Positions 1 through 12,404 of a stretch of DNA of 64,000 nucleotides are shown here, in pieces; the first letter of the stretch is position 1, and each line of letters starts with the position of its first letter. This DNA is from Squalus acanthias (Eukaryota), in contig CM059433.1 of NCBI GenBank assembly GCA_030390025.1, positions 28,460,001 to 28,524,000 of the forward strand, given 5' to 3'. Below the pieces are notes generated by a model. It did not search any database and was not told where the DNA came from. It saw only the letters and a list, made by a program, of their open reading frames with translations. A program made the translations under genes and the position numbers.

Positions 1-95
1 AATCTCATTACCAGTGCATTTGACAGATACTAACTTCAACCCTCCCAACAGTTAGGGACATGTTTACTTCGCAGGGCAGTGTCTGCCTCCCATAT

Positions 96-451
96 AGGAT
101 TGTCCTGGATTCTCCAGGAATTAAAGATTAATCTCCAGGACACTGTTACGAGCAAACCCAGGGAGAAAAATCATAGGGACATTGAATTAAAATTGAGATT
201 GTTTTTTCATTTTTTTTGAGCATTTATTAGTTATAGAAATATTGGAGACGGAGAGAAAGACTGTTTGACTGAGAGTCAAGCATCATCCAATCCGATAATG
301 AACAGCCTGTTTGCTATCCAATCAGTGCGGGAAGGCGGGGCGTCACAAGGATGGACATGTCTGGTGACCAACGATGGGGGGGGCGGGTGGAGGTGGGAGG
401 TCATGTGATGAAAGCCTCCAGGAATACGTCCAACCAGAGTTGGCAACCCTA
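96..451 (+). mobile_element. Non-autonomous hAT (Blackjack-like) MITE, left end damaged
   Basis: Ends in gttggcaacccta. The body is clearly similar to 32955-33318. Confidence 0.75.
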
Positions 452-1129
452 CTCTCTCATGATGCAGCCGCCCAACCTTTAACATATGACCTTTAGATTG
501 GCTGAAAATGGTCATTAAAACCAGTTTTCATCATATGAACCACCAGCTTTTATAAACTTGCTTCCAGCTCTAAAATGGATAATATGAGAAGAAGCAGCAA
601 GCTGAGAAAAAAGGCTTGAACTTTCAATTTTAGGCAGAAGAAGGGGATTAGGTAGGAATATAGGAACAGGAGTAGACCATTCAGCCCCTCGAGTCTGTTC
701 TGCCATTCAATAAGATCATGGCTGAGCTGTATCTTAACTCCATTTAACTGCCTTGGTAAAATTAGTTTGGGTTTCAATGAACGAAAATCATGACTAGTGA
801 CACCACTATTCTTGGCCCGAATTGAAGTGATTGGGCAATTCTCCATCAATCACGCCTGGAGACCGTGGCACTACTGTAAGTGACTGTGATTGATTTTAAG
901 CACATAATTTGTATTATGTAACTATCCTCCGCTGACTGCATTTTGCTGGACAAATCACCCTGTTTTTATCGGGAGTCGTTGCTGTAGTTTCCAGAGATGT
1001 TGAATGCGTAATACAGTGGCTTCCTTTGCTGACTTGCGCTGCTCTTTGAATTAACTCACGAAATACCCCTCTTCATGGAGCAGAAGAGACCGCCGCCAGA
1101 CTTCTTTGAGAAGACATGGCTGACGGATC

Positions 1130-1760
1130 TTGGGATTTAAGTTGACACGAATATACGAAAATGAAGGGCAGGGAAAAACCAGCTGGTCCATAAGCCTGTC
1201 CCACACCGTGCTGGCCGGAGCATCGTGACTAAACACTTCTTCCCTCCCGCAACCATGTAATCTCCTGAGAGGTTTTTAAAAAAAAAAAAGTAAAATCCCA
1301 GATCTAATGAGGGGGGAAAATACTCTCTCAAATTCCTCTCCGACCGCCTCAGGTGATCGAACCCAGTCCAGGAGATCACACGGACCAAGTGTTATCTATG
1401 AAGACACTTACCTTCGATATGATGCGATCTCTGCCCCAGTCAGGAACCGGTCCAGCTCCCTGTTAAAGGCAGAGAGTCAGCACCCACTGCACCAGCCGGC
1501 AACGCATTACCGAGACTCGCTTCTCTCTGGGAAAAGAAGAACCGCCCAACATCCAGTCTATTCCGACTCTTCGAGTTTAAACTCATGTCCCCTGGTCATT
1601 CCCCAATATGTTAAACTGCAATAATCTATCAATAGGGACACTGGCCAGCCCTTTAATTAATAAGAAAAATAAGTGCCTTGGGACGTTTTACTACGTTAAA
1701 GGCTCTATATAAATACAAGTTGTTTTAATTATTTTATAGATCTCTATCAGGCAACCTCTA
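1130..1760 (-). mobile_element. CR1-like LINE 3' end, with a short L2 tail inserted at ~1660-1723
   Basis: The reverse strand has a CR1-type tail (atggaccagctggtttttccctg). The L2 tail motif is flanked by tttaatta repeats. Confidence 0.45.
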
Positions 1761-1779
1761 AGTCAGTGATCATTTTAAT

Positions 1780-2620
1780 GCACTCAGAGGCTCTTGGTAA
1801 ATCAGTAGATGAATTTATGTCTGGAGAAAGGTGCAGACTTCGTACGAAACTGGTATGGTTTCTAGACGAAAGGTAACTGTAGACTGAAGGGACTAACGGA
1901 AAGGTACAAATCTTCATTGGGAGAACTTGGATGGCTATAAGGTGTTGATTTAATATATTTCTGATACTAAGGGGAAGTGAGTGGAATAAAAAACCAAATT
2001 GTATACATTACTGTAAAGTTGTGATTAGATGAGGGTAAAGACTTTCTAAGAAATGGAGATTGTTTCATGGGGAGGAGAAGGAAACTATAGAAAGGATGGG
2101 TTGGCTACGAAACTCCTGGAAATGAAAGGGCAGGACTATGGAGGGGTAGGAAAGATGGAGAAAAATTAGAAACATATGGGAACCATCCAAGCAGGGCAAG
2201 ATAATCGACAAAGGTGTAAAATATTGGGTGATTTTAATTTAGGAAGGCAAGTGTGGCTAAGAAAATGATTTCAATAATCAACTGAAGTGTATGTACGTTT
2301 GTGCAATTTTAAGAATAAAATGGGGAACTGGAAGCATTGGTGAATAGAAAGTCAATATAAATGCGTCAAACTTGGGTGAAAAATTAATCGAGTGGGGAAT
2401 TAATCTGTAATGTTTCATGTATATTTTAAAAAGACACATAAGGCAAGGCAGGAGGTGGTATAGTCATTTGCCACCAAGCGATTAATTGTAATTGAGAGTG
2501 AGAGTAAAAGTATTGAGAATTAATTACTTTTGGACAAAATCAATGAGCAGTAAATGGGAAAAGTGCATGATCCCAGACCCTGAGTAATCAGAGAGAGGCA
2601 AATCAAATACCCAGAGATAT
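1780..2620 (+). mobile_element. Highly decayed CR1 LINE (ORF1 end / endonuclease start)
   Basis: Purine-rich tract with a broken reading resembling the APE N-terminus (NKMGELEAL) near 2310-2340. Confidence 0.45.
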
Positions 2621-3319
2621 CGGCGCAGGTAAGTCCTCGGTCCAGAGTAGTGATCTGTGGCTGGTCAATCAACTGGAGTTTGTGCACTTGACTGGTTTAA
2701 ACAACAAATTGCAGTCTGACTTGGTTCTAATCTTTCATTACCAGAGGTGTCACCTTGGAGCCAACACAGCCACAGAGACCCTGCACCTTCTTTCATATGC
2801 CCCAAGGCAGATAGTTACTAGTTAGTCTTCTGCTGCCCCCCGCACCCCCCCCCCCCCCCACAACCTTTAAAATCACATCAAATGAAACCAATTGTTTGAA
2901 TTTGTACCTAGTTTTATTTAAGAAACTTTTGTATAACAAAATATATTTTTCCAGTAACTTTTTGGTCCCACCAGGGAGGTAGATTTGGCCAAAGGCACTT
3001 TGTTTTCAGCTTTTGTTTTGCAAAGCTTGAGTGATGTTGCCTATTCTAGACACAAAAGGCATCAAGGGGTATGGGGAGAGAGCGGGAATATGGTATTGAG
3101 ATAGAGGATCAGCCATGATCATATTGAATGGCGGAGCAGGCTTGAAGGGCCGAATGGCCTACTCCTGCTGCTATTTTTCTGTGTTTCTAATCTGTAAATT
3201 GGCGATCCACAGCTGAAATGGGCGATTGAAATGATGCACAAAAAAGCTGTGCACTCATTTCAATTGCAAACAGCAAACCTGAAAGGGTTCTTTTGGTTCA
3301 ACTACAGTGCAGTTAGAAT

Positions 3320-3722
3320 CATAGCAGGAGGCCATTCGGCCCATCATTGAAAGAGCTATCCAATTCGTCCCACTCCCTCTTTCCCCATTACCCTGCAGTT
3401 GTTTCCCCCTTCAAGTATTTATCCAATTCACTTTTGAAAGTTACTATTCAATCTGCTTCCACCACTCTTTCGGGCAGTCTATTCCAGATGATTGTGTAAA
3501 AAAAAAAAATCTCCTCGTCTCCCCTCTGGTTCTTTTGCCAATTTGCTTAAATCTGTGTCCTCTGGTTAACGGCCCTCCTACAGTTTCTCCCTATTGACTA
3601 TCAAAACCCTTCATGATTTTGAACACCCCTATTAAGTTTCCTCTTAACCTTCTCTGCTCTAAGGAGAACAATCCCAGCTTCTCTAGTCTCTCCACCTGAC
3701 TGAAGTCCTTCAACCCTGGTAC
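3320..3722 (-). mobile_element. CR1 LINE 3' fragment
   Basis: Similar to the 3' end of the CR1 at 45448-46030. Confidence 0.85.
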
Positions 3723-4084
3723 ATTTGTGCTGTAAATAACCTCGAAACTTTAGAGTACACTAGGTTTCTCTAGCTGCACACATGTCTGACATTCAAGTCT
3801 GCAACGAGGAAGAAATTGGAAAGGGCCAATTGCAAAATATTGCTGAATCTTAAAATGAAATATTTTCAGCTCTTGCCTCCAAGTTGCTAAGTGACTTTGG
3901 ATCACTTGTCGAGAGTTTCATACCCCATTCATAATTTATAGATCGTTGCCTGAAATCAGTTTTCCTGTAGCTAGAATAAACTTGCTGCCCCAATAGCAAT
4001 CAGTGATCGAGAAGTACTGAAAATATCAACCCCAGAAAAGGCATTAAGTCCATCTCGTTGTCTTCCTGCTGCCTTTGCAGTTGT

Positions 4085-4625
4085 AACTTAGAGTACTGTA
4101 CACAGTTCTGGTCTCCATATTATAAAAGAGATATAGAAGCACTTAAAAAGATTTACTCGGATGACACCAGAACTGAGAGGTTACACCTATCGGGAAAGAC
4201 TGAACCGGGTGGGGCTCTTGTCTATAGAAAAGAGAATACTGAGAGCTGACCTGATCGAGGTCTTTAAAATTATGAAGGGGTTAGATAGGGTAGATGTAGA
4301 GAAGATGTTTCCACTTGTGGGGGAGACCAAAACTGGGGGTCGTAAATATAAGATAGTCACTAATAAATCTATTAGGGAATTCAGGAGAAACTTCTTTACC
4401 CACAGAGTGATGAGAATGTGGAACTCGCTACCACAAGGAGTAGTTGAGGCGAATAACATAGATGCATTTAAGGGGAAGCTAGATAAGCACGAGGGAGAAT
4501 GGGACAGAAGGTTTTGCTGATAGGGTGAGATGAAGGGTGGGAGGAGGCTCGTGTGGAGCATAAACACTGGCATGGACCAGTTGGGCTGTATGGCCTGTTT
4601 CTGTGCTGTAAATTCTATGTAACAA
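4085..4625 (+). mobile_element. CR1 LINE 3' fragment (RT C-terminus plus tail)
   Basis: LEYCTQFWSPY and RADLIEVFKIMKG...RRNFFTHRV..MWNSLP are CR1 ORF2 C-terminal motifs. Confidence 0.92.
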
Positions 4626-5148
4626 TGATGTGTTTCACCAAGATTTCGGTCCAATTTGACTTTGAGGGGATCTAAGCTTCTGCCCCTACAACTTCCCAAG
4701 CTAAGCTACTCCAAAGACTGACCACTCTTCAAAGTACTGCTTCCTTACATCCCTCCTGAATCTTCTCCTTTTCAACTTGTACTTCTGTTCCCCCTTGTTC
4801 TGCTATTCCATACCAAATCAATAGCCCTGACTGATCTTCAACATCCCCTGAGGCTTGTTAATTTTAATATCTCCATCCATCCCTCTTCTCTTAAATGAGA
4901 AAAGTCCTCATTCTGTCCATCTATCCTTGTATGCTTTATTCTCTTAATCCCTGCCATCATTCCATTAACTTTTATCTGTAGCTTTTCAATCTCAGCTGCA
5001 CCTTTCCTGTAGTGAGGGCTCACAAAGCCCACAATATACTGGGTGCAGCCTGACCAACGCTCTATACAGTGACAGGGTAACCTCCTTCAATCCACACTCT
5101 ATGCCTCTTTCTACGCAACCTAACACTCCATTTGATTTGTTGATCAAT

Positions 5149-5632
5149 TTGGCTCAGTGGTAACACTCTTGCCTCTCGTCATGGGTATATGGCCAACTGC
5201 AGGTCTTAAGTACATAATCTGGGTTGATGCTTCAGTGCAGTATTGAAGGTGTCATCTTCCGATAAGGTGTTAAACTGAGGCCTGTCTGTTCGGGTGGCCA
5301 TGAGAACTCCTCTGGCACTATTTGAGGAAAAGCTCTCCCGATGTCCTGGTCAGCATTTATCCCTGAACCAACACCACTGAAACAGATTATCTGCTCACTT
5401 AATCACTGCTGTTTGTGGAACCTTGCTGTGTGAAATTTGGCTGCTGTTTGCCTAGATGTTACTACATGTAAAAAGAAAATCAGCGGCTGTATATTACTTT
5501 TGGACATTGAGGATATGAAAGATGCTATTTAAATGCACCTTATTGCTGTTGTGGGTTCTTGCTGTGCTTCACACTTAATTGGCTGTGAATCACTTTTTCC
5601 TGAGGTCATGTAAAGTAAAATATAAATGCAAG
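5149..5632 (+). mobile_element. Degenerate tRNA-headed SINE with L2-type tail (DeuSINE/SacSINE1-like)
   Basis: tggctcagtgg A-box head. The body matches the copies at 18133, 28117, 43935 and 57808. Confidence 0.7.
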
Positions 5633-6096
5633 TTAATTCTTTTATCAGTCAGCACTGACTTTTGCCATTTAGCTTATATCTCTTTAACCGTTCCACCAGC
5701 TTGTCCTTGATCGTCAACTCTCTAATTCTCCATTGCTCTGATGTGCGAATAACTGATCTACAGTTACACCATTCCTCCCCAGATCCTTTTTAAAATGAGG
5801 GCACTCCATTTACTGCTGTCCAGGCTCCTAGTACTTCCCTCACATCTAACATCCTTAAATGTGTTAGATTACATGGACTTCTTCACATCTTATTAATCAA
5901 AGCGAAAATGCTATCAGTCAGCCTTTGGTGAAAAGGTCTCTCCAAGAGCCACTCCTCAGAAACAACCCTCTTTCGCCTCGAATCATCTGAAAAATTCCGA
6001 CGAGCTGCAGGCACCTGTTGTGCCTCCTGAGGCAGCTCACTGGTTTCCTCAGGACCAATTTGGGCCGCTTGCAATAGGTCCTGGGAGGAGACAAGA

Positions 6097-6340
6097 GGGT
6101 GGGGGGGGGGGGGCCGGGTAGTGAATGGGAAGGGGGTGAGAGCAGGCTGGCTGGCTGCGGCCCACGGATAGGTCCGGGGAGGAGGCGAGCCGGGTTGGGG
6201 AGCGGGGGGGGTGGAGTAGTGAATGGGAAGGGGGTGAGAGCAGGCCGGCTGCGGCCCGCGGAGAGGTCTGGGGAGGAGGCAAGGTGGGGGGTGGGAAGGG
6301 GAGTAGTGAATGGGAAAGGGGGTGAGAGCAGGCCGGTAGT
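6097..6340. repeat. G-rich imperfect tandem repeat (3 units of ~90-100 bp)
   Basis: gtagtgaatggga(a)gggggtgagagcaggc recurs at 6118, 6216 and 6303. Confidence 0.85.
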
Positions 6341-7158
6341 GCTGTGAAGCAGGAGGAGCACTTTCAGAGGAATTCCAGAGCTTAGGGCCTAGACCGCTGA
6401 AGGCAAAGCTGCCAATGGTGGAGCAATGAAAATTGGGGATGCGCAAGAGGCCAGATTGCTAGTGCGTATACTGTTCTTATCAAAAAGGTTGATCATGTCC
6501 TGGGATATTTCAGAAGTGTATAAGTTAAAATAGATTATTTTATCCTTGTATAACGCACATTTAAAGTATTATCTGGAGTTTGGGCACTCTACCTTCCTTC
6601 AGTAGGATATTGGTTGAGTTTAGAGATTGATTTCAGAGTATGGGTCCTAGGGCTGTATGTCAGAAAGAGCGACTCAGAACTGGACTTGTAATCTTGGAGA
6701 AGATGATTGATCTTGGCCTTTAATATACTAAGTTATAACTCAGTAGAAGTAGCTTCATACTGATGGGAGAACTGGAAAATAGGAGTACAAAATCAACAAG
6801 CCTCAAGCAAGACTAGAGAAAAAGAGAATTTTTTTTTCTCACAGAAAGGTCGATCTGTTAAATAGACTTCCAGCAAAAGTGATTAATGGTTTTTTAAAAA
6901 ACTAGAAAATGTCTTCAGAACAGGATTGAAGGCTATAAGGGCAAATAGAGACATAGATGATTAAATGTTATATGAACACAGTGCTGTTGGGACTATTGAA
7001 ATGTCAGCTGTCGAGTACACCTGGTCAGGACTGAGTCACATAGACTGTATTGTGGGATTGATATGCTTCAGTTTGTAAGATTATCTTGGGGAATAAGCTT
7101 GGAGAATATCCTGAAAATTTAAACCTCCTTCAGGAACGCACAATGGAGCTAATTGCAT

Positions 7159-7602
7159 GCGGTAGTATAGTGGTTATGTTGCTGGACTAGTAATCCAGAG
7201 GCCCGGACTAATAATCTGGAGAGCTTGAGTTCAAATCCCACCATGAGTGGCAGTTTGAGAATTTGAATTTGGTTTAAAAAAAAAATACCTGGAAATATAA
7301 AGCTGGTCTCAGTAAAAGTGACTATGAAGCTGTCGGATTGTCGTAAAAGCCCAACTGGTTAACTAATGTCCTATAGGGAAGGAAACCTGCCGTCCTTAGC
7401 CGGACTGGCCTATATGTGACTCAGTCTCTCACCAACGTGGTTGACTCTGAATTGCCCTCTGAAGTAGCCCAGCAATCCACTCAGTTTTATCAAACCGCTA
7501 CACGCAACCATTCAAGAAGAAAGCCCACCACCACCTTCTCAGGGCAACGAGGGAAGGGCAATAAATGCCTGCTTTGTCAGTGACGCCCACATCCCGAGAA
7601 TT
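7159..7602 (+). mobile_element. tRNA-derived SINE (second family)
   Basis: A box (tagtggtta) and B box (gagttcaaatcc). A second copy lies at 43210-43627. Confidence 0.8.
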
Positions 7603-7679
7603 TTTAATTAAAATGTCCTGTTGAAGGAACAGGGCTTTATGTTTCAAATGGCCTTTCTTGCTTATTTCTTGTGCCGAGA

Positions 7680-7985
7680 TGACTGCGCTCCTCAAATTCA
7701 GGCCTCTTGAGCATCCCTGATTATAATCGCTCAACCATCAGTGGCCGTGCCTTCAGCTGCTTAGGCCCTAAGCTCTAGAACTCCCTCCTTCAACCTCTCC
7801 GCCCCTCTACCTCTCTTTCCTCCTTTGAGACGCTCCTTAAAACCTACCTCTTTGACCAAGCTTTTGGTCATCTGCCCTCATTTCTTATGTGGCTCAGTGT
7901 CAATTTTTTTGGCTTAACACTCCTGTGAAGTGCCTTGGGACATTTTACTATGTTAAAGGCACTATATAAATACAAGTTGTTGTTC
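7680..7985 (+). mobile_element. L2 LINE 3' fragment
   Basis: Encodes ...FETLLKTYLFDQAFG and ends in the tatataaatacaagttgttgtt tail shared by all L2 copies here. Confidence 0.88.
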
Positions 7986-9241
7986 GTATCCAATAGCAGT
8001 TTTTAAATTGACAAACCTCCGTGGCATTTTATGGGAGCTATTGTACGTCAAACACAAACTACAGCGGAGCATTACTTATTTTAGTTGGAACCAATTCATA
8101 TTTTTATTTGTTATGTTTTATAACATGGGTGTTATCCATAATTGTCAAACTGCCAATCAGTTGCTCTTCAAACTGGCAGATTCTTAACAACAAAGATAAC
8201 AACAGCAAGCAACTGTGTCCCTGATCAGGTTACATAACTGTGCTTCTTCAACTAGGTATTCTGTTCCAGTATCTTTTTTTTTAAGGGCGGGGGGCGGGGT
8301 GGAATCCAAAAGATTAGAGGAGAGAAATGATAACTTTATAGAAATTCCAAAACTCAACCTGTTGAAGATTGACTCTCCACAATAAGGGTCTTCAGATCAT
8401 CACAACTCGCTGCATCAAAAAATTTCTCCTCATCTCCCCCCTGATTCTTTTGACAATTATCTTAAATCTGTGTCCTCTGGCTACCAACCCGCCAGTGGAA
8501 ACATGTTCTCCCTATCTATGCTATCAAAACCTCTCATGATTTTGAAAGTTTTATAATTTAAAAATAGAAGAGGGGGCAAGCGGGGGCGGAAGCAGCAATG
8601 CAGCTGAAGAGCAAGTCAGGAAAGCTCCAATTGGGCATGATGGAGAGAAAAGACCCGAGATTCCAGAGCAGAGAGGCGGAAGTGCAGAACTGTTTCAGAA
8701 TAAGTCCTGCAGCCTCTGGATTGGTGGATGTGACTGCCAAAATCTTTGGGGACCAGAACAGCAGGGTCAAATGGCCTCCGAGAAAATTCCGGGGTGTCAG
8801 CAGACAGGAACCACAATGACCCCATGTGGTATGTCACGCGAGTGGCTAAGAGTGGAAAATGACCCGAAACAGGTTGTGAAGCCTGTGGAATGGATTTTCT
8901 GGCCATAAAATCTGTACTGGACGAGAAAGGGCTCCGAGGTGGTCAGGGAGAAGATGATGGGTGACAAAGGGCTTGACAGGAAAAATCGGCAAGTGGCTAC
9001 AGGCCCAAATCAAAATAAGTCATAGACTGATACAGCATAGAAAGAGGCAATTTGGTCCATCGTGCCTGTGCCGACTCTCTGCAAGAGTGATCCAATTAGT
9101 CCCACTCCGCTGCCCTTTCCCCATAGCCCTGCAAATTTTTCCCCTTCGAGTATTTATTCAATTCCCTTTTGAAAGTTACTACTGAATCTGCTTCCACCAC
9201 CCTTTCAGACAGTGCAGATCATCATAACTTGCGAAGAAAAT

Positions 9242-9984
9242 GGGCCAAAAATTGATGCCACTACGCGAGAGTACGCACTGCGTACTCTCGCGTATTCTCT
9301 CTCCAATTGCCGGTTTTCTGCATGCACTGCGCATGCGCTGAAAACCGGCACTTGGTCTTTGGAAAAGGGGGCGGTTCCTCGGTGCACCGCGTGCGCGCTA
9401 CAGGCTGCGCGCACGCTGTGCACTTAGTGCTTTGGACGCGCAGGTAAGGACGGAAGATTTTAGAAATGAAAAAAGGAGGAGTAAGACCCACTTTTAACAA
9501 GGTAAGTAGTGAATTAAGTATTATTTTGAATTTTTTTTAACAGGTATATCTTTTTTAGAGACTTTAAAGATAGGTAAGTTTATTTTTATAACTTTTTAAA
9601 AGATTTTAAATTTTTTCAAAAATTTAATTTTTTATTTAAAATGGTTAATTTATTTAACTATACTTATTTTATTAATGTGATGGTTTTAAAAAAAATTTAA
9701 TTGAGGTTTAGCTGTTCTTTCGGGGGGCTATAGTATTCATAACTTTCACAGCACGTATGTGAAACTTATGAATGGAAGATGGTGTGCTGCCATTGGCTCT
9801 AACTGAGTCACGTGATCCCACAGCTCGCACGAATTCACTACGCCGGTGGGATACGCAAGCACTGCCCAGCTGATGTCTAGAATATCAAGTTCGTGCGAGC
9901 TGGATCTGAAAAAGCCAACGCGGAGTGAGAGATCGCGCCTGCTCCTTACCCCCGCGGGAACAGAGCGAGATCAATTTCTGAGCC
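9242..9984 (+). mobile_element. Non-coding TIR element (PIF/Harbinger-type MITE), hairpin-rich
   Basis: TIRs gggccaaaaattgat / atcaatttctgagcc with flanks aat/att. Homologous over its full length to 48671-49411. Confidence 0.8.
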
Positions 9985-10392
9985 ATTATATGTGTTGTAT
10001 CAAGGGCCAAGATATATCTACATGTGCATTTAGAAATACATGTTAAAACTTAATATAAATAAGATGTTACAAAAAGTAAAGAACTTGCTTGGCTACTTAA
10101 CCTGCACAGCGGAAAATCAAAATGTTGGAAAGTCAAACCTGAGAAGAAAAGAACTTCCTCTGCAGTGCCATTCAGTTTGCATGTAGATTCAGTGTCTTTC
10201 TTTTAAAGTATTTGAACATCACAATAATTGGAAAATCCTATGTAAAAACATCACAGGAAATGGTTTACATAGAAATGTAACAGGTAGATGTGGCACATTT
10301 AATATGGGTAATCCTATTGAAGCCTGTAATAGGAGCTTGCAATAATGTACGAGCCAATCTCCCGTGGCGTTGTGCATGGGAGTCAAGACCTC

Positions 10393-11197
10393 GGGCTGGA
10401 TTTTGTCAATGGGGATGCGTTGGGGGCGGGACTGCTGGTTGTCGGGTTTCAGTCCCGCCCCCACCGACGTCCGGCCAACCCACGCTATTTTCCCTTGATT
10501 GACCTTGTTAAGCCCGCCCTGCAGGCTTAGCCAGCCAATTAAGGGAAAGCCGGTGACAGAGGACATCAGCATATGACGTTTCAAATTTTTGACATGAATT
10601 GTCAGCATTTGACAGCTTTGAGAAGCTGTCAAACACTGACAATCTCTGTTCTATGGTGAGCCCTTGCACTGAAGGCTCACCAAAACCTATTTCCTCAGCA
10701 GAAATCAGATGGCTGCTGCATCTGAGAATGCAGCAGCCATTCTGTCATCTCTGCCGTTGAGATGAGGCACCTCTGGATCCCCAAGGGTTGAGGAAGAAGC
10801 AAAGGTAAGGAAACTTTTTCTAACAGTTTACACTCACCTCTCATACTTACCTCTCCACACTTGCACCCATCACTCACCTCCACAGCGGACTTTTCGATCC
10901 CTCTCACCCCCGCAGACCCACTGCTCGCCTCGCTGACCCTGGCCAGGTTCACAGCTGTCTGGAAGCCCGCACTTGCAGGGGTAAAATGGGGATAAGCCTC
11001 ATAACTACCTGGTAACAGGCAGTTAATTGGCTCTAATCCCCTTCCCGCCTCGAGGAGACGGGTCCCTGCGCGAGTCGGAGACCCGCCTCTCGGGAAGATG
11101 GCACGGAGGCGGGTTGGGAGCGGGTTCGGTACCCGCTCCCAGTTTCTGCTATTTTCCCGGCAGTCCCGCCTCCCCAGGGCTGGGAAAATTCCCCCCC
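10393..11197. mobile_element. Non-coding TIR element (PIF/Harbinger-type MITE)
   Basis: Ends gggctggatttt / aaaattccccc. Subterminal perfect palindromes gggggcgggactg/cagtcccgccccc and tgggagcgggt/acccgctccca. Confidence 0.6.
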
Positions 11198-11249
11198 CCT
11201 AGTATAGACTTGAGGCGAAGGCTTGCAATTTAAGGGATAATTGCATGTA

Positions 11250-11785
11250 GACAACAACTAGCATTTATATATCCCCTTTAATGTAGAAAAACTTTCCAAG
11301 ATACTTCACTGAAGCGTAATTAAACAAAAATTGATGGTGAATCAAAGTAAGATATTCGGAGGGCTAACTAAATAAAATCCAGGAGATTTTAAGGAGGGTT
11401 TTAAAAGGAGGAGAGGGAAGTGGAGGCTTACGGTGGGAATTCCAGAGCATGGGGCCTAAAGGCACGGCTGTCTTGGTGGTGCACAGCGGGGAGGATGGCC
11501 AAGGCCAGAGCTGGAGGAATGGAAAGATCCGGGAGGGCTGTCATGTTGGAGGAGGTTAGGGAGGTGGGGAGGAGATAAGCTGTGAAGTGATTTCAACACA
11601 CGGTTGAGAATTTTAAATTGGAGGCACTGGGGGACCAGCGGTTAATGTCGGTCAGCAAGTACAGAGGTGATGGGTGAGTGGGACTTGATGCAGGACAGGA
11701 TATGAACAGCAGTGTTTTGGATGGGCTGAGTTTTTAGAGGGTGGAGGCTGGGAGGCCAGCCAGGAGAGCATCAGAATAGTCCCTG
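11250..11785 (-). mobile_element. L2 LINE 3' fragment (old)
   Basis: Degenerate match to 50474-51345. Confidence 0.8.
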
Positions 11786-12036
11786 AATTAGGTGTAAGTC
11801 AGCCCCATTTTGAAGTCGTGCATTGTATCCTTATTTTTATATATTTCCATTACAAATTCCTATGCCCATATTTTAATGTAAACTGCCTGTATAATCTTGT
11901 CATACTGTAATTACACCCCCCTGCCAGTGGTGGCACATCATAAAAGTGGGCATAGAATTTTAGAATTAAAAGTCTTGACAGGAAATGCATGTAGCTACAA
12001 GATTTTTAATATATTGCTGTTAGATTCCCATGACAT

Positions 12037-12195
12037 TAGGGTTGCCAACTATGGTTGGCGGTGTGACCATGTGACGTCTACCAATGTTATTGCGTTTCCC
12101 TTATAAAGATTGCGCCCCACTCCTCTCCCTAAAGCACTTCCCACCCCCAGCTCCCTAGTCCCTGTTCTCCCTAGCTGCGCTTCTCTCTGTCTCTC

Positions 12196-12259
<64 letters not shown>

Positions 12260-12404
12260 CCCTTCCTCACCCAAACACCCGGCAACCAGTTGGGGGGTGA
12301 AGTCAACGAGCCCCCTGTGGAAAATTTAAAGTGCAAAGTTCTCCCAGACTGCCTGGGAGATTCATGCTCCATTCCGGGAGAATCCAGGAGGGTTGGCAAC
12401 CCGA
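12037..12404 (-). mobile_element. Non-autonomous hAT (Blackjack-like) MITE containing a (CT)n microsatellite at ~12183-12257
   Basis: TIRs tagggttgccaac / gttggcaacccga. The 8-bp flanks catgacat/cataatat match at 6 of 8 positions. Confidence 0.8.

Noticed and set aside
983..1018. Short similarity to 29033-29064 (tgtagt..ccagagatgttga...tacagtg)
   Set aside because: About 35 bp with gaps and no extension, so it could be chance.
5883..6446. Proline-rich 187-aa and 147-aa ORFs
   Set aside because: Translation of the G-rich tandem repeat plus an L2 fragment.
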